Source: a virus
Taxonomy: Duplodnaviria; Caudoviricetes
Reading direction: 5' to 3' (one strand)
Length of the DNA: 26,729 nt
Virus record (IMG/VR): IMGVR_UViG_3300029318_000083
Coordinates: 1 to 26,729 of that record
In this document: piece by piece, positions 1 to 6,435 of the stretch
Layout: every line of letters starts with the position of its first letter
Position numbering within the stretch: the first letter of the stretch is position 1
The notes under the pieces: generated by a model
Database searches by the model: none
The model's input: only the letters and a program-made list of their open reading frames with translations
Told to the model about the DNA's origin: nothing
Made by a program: the position numbers and the translations under genes

Positions 1-2
1 CT

Positions 3-734
3 CAGCTCATCCACATGAGCTTTCTGCAGTCGGAGAACAAGCGGGACAAGAGGATCACCATGAAGACGCAAGGACGATCTGGAACGCCAGTGAACCTGTT
101 GATCGAGCGGACTGATGATGGTTGGGTTAGTCACGGTGACGGGGAGAGCGTGGAAGAGGCGGAGCGTTTGCAGTTGGCGGCAAATGAGCTGAGTGGAAGG
201 CAGGCCGACTTCTTTGACTACATAGAAATGCGCTGGCAGTTGGGAAGCTTTGCTGTAAGTGCGAGCGAGCTGGGGCAGAACTTTAACCTGACGACGAACA
301 AGGTCAGTCGGTACGTGAAACAACTCGTTACAAAGGGCCTTGTCTCGCCTTGCGGTCAAACTGAGCCGGGCCTTGACGGTGGTAGGCCGAGCACCCTCTA
401 TCGACCCTCTGCAAATACCGGGTTAGAAACGTGCGAAACGTTAGAAACACCGGCCCTCACGCATGAAATAGAAAGTTTCTCACCTTTATCACCTTACAAA
501 CTCAACTCGGCGGAGAGTGGTTTATCACCCTCGACCCCTGTTGAGCGGCTGATGGCTGATGGGACCTGGCAGTCGGGCTGGCTGATTAAAGATGCGAGCA
601 AGCCACATGCTGTGGCGATTGAGAAGCTAGGTAACCCGATGTATGTCATCAGGAACTGTCGCTGGGGCATTGACCTTAGGCGATCTGACAATGTGTTCGG
701 AACAGCAGACACCGAGGAGGAAATGGAGTTCTGA
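3..734 (+). CDS. Replication protein, C-terminal part (probable RecA-like/AAA_25 helicase end plus winged HTH); 5'-truncated
   Basis: Frame is open from position 3 (CAG CTC ATC CAC ATG), so the gene probably starts before the window. wHTH-like segment ASELGQNFNLTTNKVSRYVKQLVTKGLV...GGRPSTLYR; the N-terminal beta-rich ..GR..L.I..W..G pattern resembles AAA_25 C-termini. Family assignment is by eye. Confidence 0.55.
   Translation, partial: QLIHMSFLQSENKRDKRITMKTQGRSGTPVNLLIERTDDGWVSHGDGESVEEAERLQLAANELSGRQADFFDYIEMRWQLGSFAVSASELGQNFNLTTNKVSRYVKQLVTKGLVSPCGQTEPGLDGGRPSTLYRPSANTGLETCETLETPALTHEIESFSPLSPYKLNSAESGLSPSTPVERLMADGTWQSGWLIKDASKPHAVAIEKLGNPMYVIRNCRWGIDLRRSDNVFGTADTEEEMEF
422..528. repeat. 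Converging 9-bp iteron-like repeats inside the replication gene
   Basis: GTTAGAAAC (422), GTGCGAAAC (431) and GTTAGAAAC (440) in tandem; reverse-strand variants GTGAGAAAC (475-483), GTGATAAAG (484-492) and GTGATAAAC (520-528). Confidence 0.5.
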
Positions 735-742
735 GTCTTTGC

Positions 743-753
743 TGTGCTACACT
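743..753 (+). promoter_or_regulatory. Extended -10 promoter for the candidate sRNA
   Basis: TGTG-C-TACACT; G at 760, 7 nt after the -10 box, begins a hairpin, as at the other early promoters. Confidence 0.55.
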
Positions 754-759
754 CTGTAA

Positions 760-858
760 GTTGAGCTTGCATGAACGAGGCAACTCAACCCTGAGTGTGT
801 GACTCGGGTCTGTGGAGCTGATGGTCGTAGGGAGTCGGGACCTTACGGCCATTTTTTT
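760..858 (+). ncRNA. Candidate three-hairpin trans-acting small RNA
   Basis: P1 GTTGAG-c-TTGC/GCAA-CTCAAC (760-789); P2 CCTGAGT/ACTCGGG with GTGTG loop (790-808); P3 12-bp terminator stem with AGTCGGGA loop (821-852) then a T-run. Intergenic, with an upstream promoter; loops are complementary to early-gene leaders. Confidence 0.65.
821..858 (+). terminator. Rho-independent terminator
   Basis: ATGGTCGTAGGG/CCTTACGGCCAT stem (2 G-U pairs) followed by T7. Confidence 0.8.
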
Positions 859-915
859 CGGCTTTGTTTTTTCTCTCGATAAATAAAACTAATGTGTTAT
901 ATAAAAAAGTGTTAT

Positions 916-943
916 TTGAAAGAATTTTTCGACTAGATAGAAT
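916..943 (+). promoter_or_regulatory. Sigma70-type early promoter P1
   Basis: TTGAAA-16-TAGAAT with an AT-rich upstream region; AGTGTT-CTT-AACACT palindrome just downstream (954-968). Confidence 0.6.
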
Positions 944-968
944 CAATTAGCACAGTGTTCTTAACACT

Positions 969-1418
969 TTGTTCCTAAATCTCCCGACCAGCATCAACAA
1001 TGACGAAATTAAGTCGTTGGCTATCAAGCCGATCTTTGCTGACAGAATCAGAGATCGATCCAAGACTTTTGAACTCAGGACTTACCCACCTGGAATCCTG
1101 CCAGGTAGCTGGGTTGCTCTGTATGAATCAGCTCCGACAAAGGCAATCCAGACGATCTTCAAAGCAGGCAGAACCTTTCGGCTAACACCGAATGACGCCT
1201 GGGAAATGTACGCCGATGAGTTTGGCATTGACTTCGACAGCTACTTTGGCTATTTCCGACGCCGTGCATGGGCTTATGGAGTCGAGGTCAAAGAAGTAAG
1301 GTCCTTTGAGCCGATCTCATTGTCAGAACTGCGCACTTCTGGCGACTTCAATGTTCCACAGATGTGCCAGCGGCTTAAATCCACTCATAAGAGGATCTTA
1401 ACTGCTGCAGCAGCCTGA
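969..1418 (+). CDS. ASCH (PUA-like) domain protein
   Basis: SLAIKPIFADRI..RSKTFELR matches the ASCH (G)xKxxExR motif; LYESAP.KAI and PISLSELR..F.VPQ also fit. The TTG start is uncertain. Confidence 0.85.
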   Translation: MFLNLPTSINNDEIKSLAIKPIFADRIRDRSKTFELRTYPPGILPGSWVALYESAPTKAIQTIFKAGRTFRLTPNDAWEMYADEFGIDFDSYFGYFRRRAWAYGVEVKEVRSFEPISLSELRTSGDFNVPQMCQRLKSTHKRILTAAAA

Positions 1419-1432
1419 TAAGAATCGCTAAA

Positions 1433-1460
1433 TAGACACCACAGAATTTGATCCTATGAT
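1433..1460 (+). promoter_or_regulatory. Sigma70-type early promoter P2
   Basis: TAGACA-16-TATGAT; hairpin GTCTCA-CC-TGAGAC begins 7 nt downstream (1467). Confidence 0.6.
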
Positions 1461-1503
1461 CAGCACGTCTCACCTGAGACACACTCTCTCCCGACTTAAT
1501 TCA

Positions 1504-1980
1504 ATGATTGCAAGGCAAGTTCGCCCCTCAGGCGACCCATTGATTTACAACAATTTGATTCTGCTCGCCAAAGGCGTGCTGGAACATTACAAAGACGATC
1601 TGTATTTACACGATCGTAAGATTCTCACCGAAGGACTGCCTCTTGGCTCGTCTTGGTTGTGGATTGTTCACAAGTGCGGCACTCACATGGCTCGATGGGA
1701 TCAAGATCCCTTTGCCGACACCAAAGACTCACATGTTGAGAGCCTTGTCCGATGCCTTTCTAGAGGTGATTGGAGCGGCAACCACGTACATCTCTTCCAT
1801 GTCAATGGATTTGATGAAGAGTTTGGTGCGATTGGCTGGGTGTCAGGTCGTCTAGAGATAGCCGACATTGAGGAGGCACTTCCTCGTCCTTTGCCGGTAA
1901 AAGCTCCACATCCACAGGAGCAAGCTGTTTACTCTGCCCACGTCGGCCTTGCTGCCGCATTCAAAACTTCCGCTGACTGA
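1504..1980 (+). CDS. Hypothetical early protein
   Basis: ORF track gives 1456..1980, but ATG 1456 lies inside the -10 box. In-frame ATG 1504 follows the shared TCCCGAC leader motif. Confidence 0.7.
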   Translation: MIARQVRPSGDPLIYNNLILLAKGVLEHYKDDLYLHDRKILTEGLPLGSSWLWIVHKCGTHMARWDQDPFADTKDSHVESLVRCLSRGDWSGNHVHLFHVNGFDEEFGAIGWVSGRLEIADIEEALPRPLPVKAPHPQEQAVYSAHVGLAAAFKTSAD

Positions 1981-1982
1981 TC

Positions 1983-2348
1983 ATGCAAAAGACCGTTTCT
2001 CACGAGTTCCACGCCGACTGGATGAATGCTCACTATTGCGATAAGCATCACACGCTCATGGTCGGTGATAGCAATGATGACTCGGTGAACTTATATGATG
2101 TTCCCCGACGTTTGATGATCAGATTTGTTCGGAACTTTCTGTTTCTCCACACAACGTCTGAACCGGACTTGCTTCCGTCACGTAAGTGGAGCGTAGAGGA
2201 TCTTTCTGAACAGGAGATCGCCTACCTTCAGGAAATACAAGCTGGACTTAATGAGTTCTTTGCTCCGCCGACCATTGAGAGCAAAGAGGTCACAGTTGTC
2301 GAGCTACCCAAAAAACGTGGGCCGGGTCGTCCCCGCAAGAATCGATGA
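1983..2348 (+). CDS. Hypothetical protein with C-terminal AT-hook-like motif
   Basis: Starts 2 nt after the upstream stop; ends KKRGPGRPRKNR. Confidence 0.7.
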   Translation: MQKTVSHEFHADWMNAHYCDKHHTLMVGDSNDDSVNLYDVPRRLMIRFVRNFLFLHTTSEPDLLPSRKWSVEDLSEQEIAYLQEIQAGLNEFFAPPTIESKEVTVVELPKKRGPGRPRKNR

Positions 2349-2725
2349 CAAGTTCTTTCTTTTCTGACTTTTCTTTCGACAAATCTATGAATTGCAGTCC
2401 GGTTTTAACTTGCCCAGATTTTCATGCTCTGGGCCGACTTGTTATCAGTCAATTAGTCCACGCCAGATCTGAGCATGACGCGCTTTTCTGTGATCATGTC
2501 TCGAAGGCTCTGCAACTTTTTCGCAAAGGCGATTGGGGTGATCTTGATGAGCACGATTGGCAGTCTAACATTGACACTTGCAAAGCCGCCAGTGGTGGTC
2601 AACTGCTCGGATGTTACAAGCTCTTTGACGGCACAAGACTGTGGATCTTGACCGCAGGTTATGGAAATCAAAATCTCGGACCTGACTACTGCTACACCAC
2701 CGTTCTTTTCCCGCAGGAGTATTGA
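2345..2725 (+). CDS. Conserved plasmid/phage-related hypothetical protein
   Basis: GDWGDLDEHD...N, RLWILT and TTVLFPQEY motifs typical of a small mobile-element family. ATG 2387 is an alternative start. Confidence 0.7.
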   Translation: MTSSFFSDFSFDKSMNCSPVLTCPDFHALGRLVISQLVHARSEHDALFCDHVSKALQLFRKGDWGDLDEHDWQSNIDTCKAASGGQLLGCYKLFDGTRLWILTAGYGNQNLGPDYCYTTVLFPQEY

Positions 2726-3027
2726 TGGGCGACCACACCAAAATGGGCTATCACACCAAAATCAACACCGACAAACTCAAGAAACATCTTGAGTCAATCG
2801 AACATCAGCAAACAATTGAGGCTCCTTTCTGGACTCAACTTTGCTTCAATGACACGAGAAAAGAGTATGGCTTTTCTCAGGAATTATGGGCTACATCATT
2901 CGATGATGCCTGTAAGAAGGCCGCGGCCTATTGGAGGGTTGAGAGCAACGTACCCGACGGCATGAGCTACATGGTCTGGGGTGCAGGCGGCAGCATCAAA
3001 ATGGTCACACCTCTTCCGACAAAATGA
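2722..3027 (+). CDS. Hypothetical early protein
   Basis: Coupled to both neighbours (ATG 2725 likely); N-terminal 18-bp duplication MGDHTK/MGYHTK. Confidence 0.65.
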   Translation: MMGDHTKMGYHTKINTDKLKKHLESIEHQQTIEAPFWTQLCFNDTRKEYGFSQELWATSFDDACKKAAAYWRVESNVPDGMSYMVWGAGGSIKMVTPLPTK

Positions 3028-3248
3028 CACAGTACACAGAGCCGCTTAGCAATCTCACGCTCAAGCCGTGGGAGCTAGATGACAATGAGATCGCCTCTCT
3101 TGTCATCATGATGGAGGATTTAAGAGGCATCAAAAGACCCGATGGCACTTACAATCTTCCAGACTACTATGAGAACATCAAGCAGAAACTAAAAATCCAG
3201 TTTCAAAGGGTTAAAAATAACCCATCAGAATCGCTCATAGGTTTATAG
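3024..3248 (+). CDS. Hypothetical early protein
   Basis: ATGA overlap with upstream gene; followed by a terminator. Confidence 0.65.
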   Translation: MTQYTEPLSNLTLKPWELDDNEIASLVIMMEDLRGIKRPDGTYNLPDYYENIKQKLKIQFQRVKNNPSESLIGL

Positions 3249-3254
3249 CTGCCG

Positions 3255-3277
3255 GCCCCTTGACAGGGGCTCTTTTT
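3255..3277 (+). terminator. Rho-independent terminator overlapping the -35 of P3
   Basis: GCCCCT-TGAC-AGGGGC followed by TCTTTTT. Confidence 0.7.
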
Positions 3278-3288
3278 AATGTTAATTT
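3260..3288 (+). promoter_or_regulatory. Sigma70-type early promoter P3
   Basis: TTGACA-17-TAATTT with TG extension; hairpin GTCAGTTG-ATCACAC-CGACTGAC begins 7 nt downstream (3295). Confidence 0.75.
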
Positions 3289-3340
3289 TACATTGTCAGT
3301 TGATCACACCGACTGACTGTTCTACATTCCCCGACTAACT

Positions 3341-4327
3341 ATGTCACACGAGTTCACCGATGGAGTCATGATGCAAGGCGAGAAAGCCTGGCATGACCTC
3401 GGACAAGTTGTAGATGGCACACTCCCCGCCAGGGAGGCATTCACCCGAGCCAATGCACTCTTCACAGTCGAGAAAGCACCACTGATCTTCCGCAACCCTG
3501 TAACAGGTGTTGAGTCGGCCTCTGAGCACAGATGTGCGACATACAGAGCAGACACAGGCGATCAGCTAGGTACTGTCAGCCTCGGCTATGAGGTCATCCA
3601 GAACGAGGAACTTTGCAAATTTGCAGAGATGCTTCGAGATGACTGTGAGATGGAGACCGTTGTTGTTCTCAAAGGTGGAGCCAAGATCGCCTTCTCAGCA
3701 AAGATCCTGGGCACTGACGCCGAAGTTGTCAAAGGTGATGTCATCCACAGGCGGCTCAATGGCTACCTGTCACATGATGGCACGACCTCCTTTGGAGGTA
3801 TGTTCAGCAATGTTCGCATTGTCTGCAGCAACACCCTCGGCTGGGCCATGCAAGATGCCAACAAACACGGCAAACAGTTCAAGATCTCACACACCAAACT
3901 CGGTGTGTCACAGATTGACTCGACTCTCAGGTCCATTGACATTGCTCGACAGACCTTCAACCAAGAGGTCGAGGACTACAAACGTATGGCCGAGACTCAG
4001 ATGGACTTTGACTCTTACAGGACTTGGCTGACTGATCTTTACAACATGCCGAGTGTCAAGATGGATGATGGCACTCTGCGTCCAGGCCAGATTGAGGACT
4101 CCAAGGTCAAGTGGAACAAGCTCAGGAATGCCTGGGCCGGTGGCTATGGCACATCTATTGATGGTGTGTCCGACACTGTGTGGGGTGCATTCAATGCTGT
4201 CACCGAAGTGGAGACCAGCCTTAGAGACGCCCCAGAGAGCAGGAACATCGCCACTGTCAATGGTTACTATGTCCAACAAATTGTGAACAAGGCACGCCGC
4301 TCTGCTGCAGAGTTGTGTACTGTCTAA
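3341..4327 (+). CDS. DUF932 family phage/plasmid protein (TIGR03299-like)
   Basis: AWHDLG, R.DT...LG.V...YEVIQN, SHDGT, VRIVCSNT and TVWGAFNAVTE motifs. Confidence 0.9.
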   Translation: MSHEFTDGVMMQGEKAWHDLGQVVDGTLPAREAFTRANALFTVEKAPLIFRNPVTGVESASEHRCATYRADTGDQLGTVSLGYEVIQNEELCKFAEMLRDDCEMETVVVLKGGAKIAFSAKILGTDAEVVKGDVIHRRLNGYLSHDGTTSFGGMFSNVRIVCSNTLGWAMQDANKHGKQFKISHTKLGVSQIDSTLRSIDIARQTFNQEVEDYKRMAETQMDFDSYRTWLTDLYNMPSVKMDDGTLRPGQIEDSKVKWNKLRNAWAGGYGTSIDGVSDTVWGAFNAVTEVETSLRDAPESRNIATVNGYYVQQIVNKARRSAAELCTV

Positions 4328-4348
4328 CCGTGATGGGTTGGATACCAT

Positions 4349-4372
4349 GGGGCCGCAAGGTCCCTTTTTTTT
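4349..4372 (+). terminator. Rho-independent terminator
   Basis: GGGGCC-GCAA-GGTCCC followed by T8. Confidence 0.85.
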
Positions 4373-4390
4373 GCCCTGCTAAGCCGATTT

Positions 4391-4561
4391 ATGGAACGCT
4401 TCTTTTGTGTCTACACCGAATGGGTTGATGGAATTAAATCCAAACGTTACAAGAGCATTCTGGCAGATGATATGGAACAGGCTTTGTTCAAATGGTCCGA
4501 GGACAGAGCAGAAAATCAGTTCCTTGAATCCATCAAACAGGTGCCCTTGTCCGAAGACTGA
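4391..4561 (+). CDS. Hypothetical 56-aa protein (not in ORF track)
   Basis: ATG..TGA: MERFFCVYTEWVDGIKSKRYKSILADDMEQALFKWSEDRAENQFLESIKQVPLSED; ends exactly where repeat element A begins. Confidence 0.5.
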   Translation: MERFFCVYTEWVDGIKSKRYKSILADDMEQALFKWSEDRAENQFLESIKQVPLSED

Positions 4562-4722
4562 CTTTTTCCATTTGTTTTGCAGCATGACCTAACCTACCTC
4601 CTGCACCTTTTATCAAAAAAAAATTGATTCGGTGCAGTGGTGGCCTGGGTTCCCAGGTGTCCATAGCGGACATCTGACCTACCAGGTGGGTGATTTCATC
4701 CACCCCAAGGTGGGTAAAAATT
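4562..4722. repeat. Modular element A (M1-M2-M3-M4-M5)
   Basis: M1 4584-4605, M2 4611-4632, M3 4635-4656, M4 4658-4671, M5 4677-4689; each has a counterpart in 5662-5785. Confidence 0.85.
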
Positions 4723-4771
4723 CTTAATGTTCGGTGTATCCCCACGGACTACAGCGATTCAAGTCTTGCGA

Positions 4772-4799
4772 TATATTAAGAAAGTGATCAATAGATCAC
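4772..4799 (+). promoter_or_regulatory. Early promoter P4 (-10 only) with 5' hairpin
   Basis: TATATT; hairpin GTGATC-AATA-GATCAC begins 7 nt downstream (4784); no good -35. Confidence 0.5.
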
Positions 4800-4820
4800 A
4801 CAGCCCTTTTCCCGACCCAC

Positions 4821-5036
4821 ATGTCTATTCACACCACTGACATCCGAACTGCACTGACACTTTGTGCCAAGGCAGCCGTCCTCAAGCATGAAGTCAATGC
4901 CGAGGATCTGCCCTTTGATCTCAACTGCCCCGGTGATTCTGAAAAGTTCCATGACACTGTGGAACTTATTGAGCAAGCTCTCACCGAACAAATGATCACC
5001 ATGGTGGTCGATGCAATCCACAAGGGAGGTCTTTGA
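4821..5036 (+). CDS. Hypothetical small protein
   Basis: First gene of the cassette, preceded by the TCCCGAC motif. Confidence 0.7.
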   Translation: MSIHTTDIRTALTLCAKAAVLKHEVNAEDLPFDLNCPGDSEKFHDTVELIEQALTEQMITMVVDAIHKGGL

Positions 5037-5200
5037 TGCCGAAGTACACCACTCTTCGTCTCACTTATACCGAACTGCTTGGCTTGCTTGATTCCGTGGA
5101 AGGTGTCTTTCCAGAACTCCGCACTCAGGAGGAAAACCAGATTCTTGATCGGCTCAACAAGCGCATCAACAAAGCAATTTATCGACTGGAGTCCAACTGA
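5036..5200 (+). CDS. Hypothetical 54-aa protein (not in ORF track)
   Basis: TGATG coupling at both ends: MPKYTTLRLTYTELLGLLDSVEGVFPELRTQEENQILDRLNKRINKAIYRLESN. Confidence 0.7.
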   Translation: MPKYTTLRLTYTELLGLLDSVEGVFPELRTQEENQILDRLNKRINKAIYRLESN

Positions 5201-5421
5201 TGCCGTACTTACCTGATCTCAACCCCCCGAAGCCCAAGTCACCTGGCAACCGACTTCTGTATGCCACCAGGCTCCGAAAAGCACTAGAGGAGCTTATGAC
5301 GGACACAGAGCGTGACCATTACTCGGGTCTATTTGAACACTTCTCCGACTTTCAAAATGACATCCTTGCCGACCTTCAAGACTCAGTCCCAGCAATTGAT
5401 CCCTCCAAGCTTCATGACTAA
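5200..5421 (+). CDS. Hypothetical small protein
   Basis: TGATG coupling to upstream gene. Confidence 0.65.
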   Translation: MPYLPDLNPPKPKSPGNRLLYATRLRKALEELMTDTERDHYSGLFEHFSDFQNDILADLQDSVPAIDPSKLHD

Positions 5422-5614
5422 ACTCGACCCTCAGGCATCTGCTGATGAACTAATCGGCAAACTCCATGAGCTTAGAGTCGAGCGTGACTGCCTCAGAGAC
5501 GATTATGAGGTGTTATGTCACAGCATACGCCGAAAGTTTGACACTGAGCATGACGATCTAACCAAGAAAATTGAACAAGTTCAAGCCGCACTAGACAAGT
5601 TCACAAACAACTGA
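5414..5614 (+). CDS. Hypothetical coiled-coil protein
   Basis: In-frame ATG 5414 of ORF 5312..5614 overlaps the upstream stop; heptad-like sequence; followed by a terminator. Confidence 0.65.
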   Translation: MTKLDPQASADELIGKLHELRVERDCLRDDYEVLCHSIRRKFDTEHDDLTKKIEQVQAALDKFTNN

Positions 5615-5629
5615 AAATCCAACTAACAG

Positions 5630-5653
5630 CCCTGGGGTAAAATCCAGGGTTTT
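5630..5653 (+). terminator. Rho-independent terminator
   Basis: CCCTGG-N8-CCAGGG followed by TTTT. Confidence 0.6.
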
Positions 5654-5803
5654 CTGTGGCAACCTACCAGGTGGATCAGGATGTCCACAGCGGACCTTTT
5701 TGCTCCAGTGGTGGCCTTGCATCCCAGCTTCCGAATCAATTTTTTTTTGATATAAGCTCTTGGATGACCTAACCTACCTGGTGCATTTGATGCAGAAAAA
5801 AGA
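5635..5803. repeat. Modular element B (M5-M4-M3-M2rc-M1)
   Basis: M5 5662-5674, M4 5682-5695, M3 5706-5727, reverse-complement M2 5731-5752, M1 5764-5785. Confidence 0.85.
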
Positions 5804-5821
5804 AGCTTTCGGCTTTACCCC

Positions 5822-5827
5822 TATAAT
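5822..5827 (+). promoter_or_regulatory. -10 box of the packaging operon promoter
   Basis: TATAAT with G 7 nt downstream (5834); no consensus -35. Confidence 0.5.
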
Positions 5828-5848
5828 GGTCGGGTTATTGCAGTATTT

Positions 5849-6433
5849 GTGCAGATGAGCGGCAAAGATGACACACTTCAACCGCTTTCATCCCTAAAAC
5901 AGGACCATAAAAACGCCAGAAAGCGCACTGTTCAATCGAAAAACCTGATTGAGGAGTCCATTAACCGCTATGGCGCTGCCCGATCGATTGTTATTGATGA
6001 ATCGAACCGCATTCTTGCTGGAAACGGTACGGTAGAAGCCGCAGCCGCTTCGGGTATTGACAAAGTCCGAATTATTGAGACCGATGGCGACGAAGTAATT
6101 GCAGTACGCCGCACTGGACTAACTGAAGAGTCGAAAGTCGGCCTGGCACTTGCCGACAACCGCACTGCTGAGTTAGCCGAGTGGGATAAAGAAATGCTTA
6201 ACACGCTTTCGAGTGAGCATGACATCGAGCCATGGTTCTCTGATGACGAACTTATGGCAATTCTCGCTGGCAATGAGTCGGACTTTAGTGAGGATGAGGA
6301 AGTAGACGATCAATCAGGCAAGATTGATGCCGTCTTTCAGATCATCGTCAACTGCCGCAATGAAGAGGAACAAACCGCGACTCTTGACTACTTGATGGGT
6401 CAGGGGCTCGATTGTAAAGCCATGAATGCCTGA
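5849..6433 (+). CDS. ParB/Srx N-terminal-domain protein
   Basis: NARK..., SI.RYG..RSIVID...ILAGNG, LADNRTAELAEWD; no obvious HTH. ATG 5855 is an alternative start. Confidence 0.85.
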   Translation: MQMSGKDDTLQPLSSLKQDHKNARKRTVQSKNLIEESINRYGAARSIVIDESNRILAGNGTVEAAAASGIDKVRIIETDGDEVIAVRRTGLTEESKVGLALADNRTAELAEWDKEMLNTLSSEHDIEPWFSDDELMAILAGNESDFSEDEEVDDQSGKIDAVFQIIVNCRNEEEQTATLDYLMGQGLDCKAMNA

Positions 6434-6435
6434 AC

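Noticed and set aside
797-835. sRNA as a sponge of cyanobacterial Yfr1 (motif ACUCCUCACAC)
   Set aside because: The complement is present only as two separated pieces (GUGUGA and GGAGU), the host is not established, and the phage's own leaders match better.
760-858. tRNA or tRNA-like gene
   Set aside because: No enclosing acceptor stem, no GTTCRA T-loop and no CCA end.
4611-4632. IHF site in module M2
   Set aside because: AATCAA-TTTT-TTT misses the TTR of the WATCAANNNNTTR consensus; only an A-tract is supportable.
4562-5803. IS/MITE or CRISPR array
   Set aside because: No transposase, no target-site duplication seen, and no regular repeat-spacer periodicity.
5849-6433. Plasmid-prophage partition system with element B as parS
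   Set aside because: No ParA in the window, no evident HTH in the ParB-like protein, and the palindromes do not match canonical parS.
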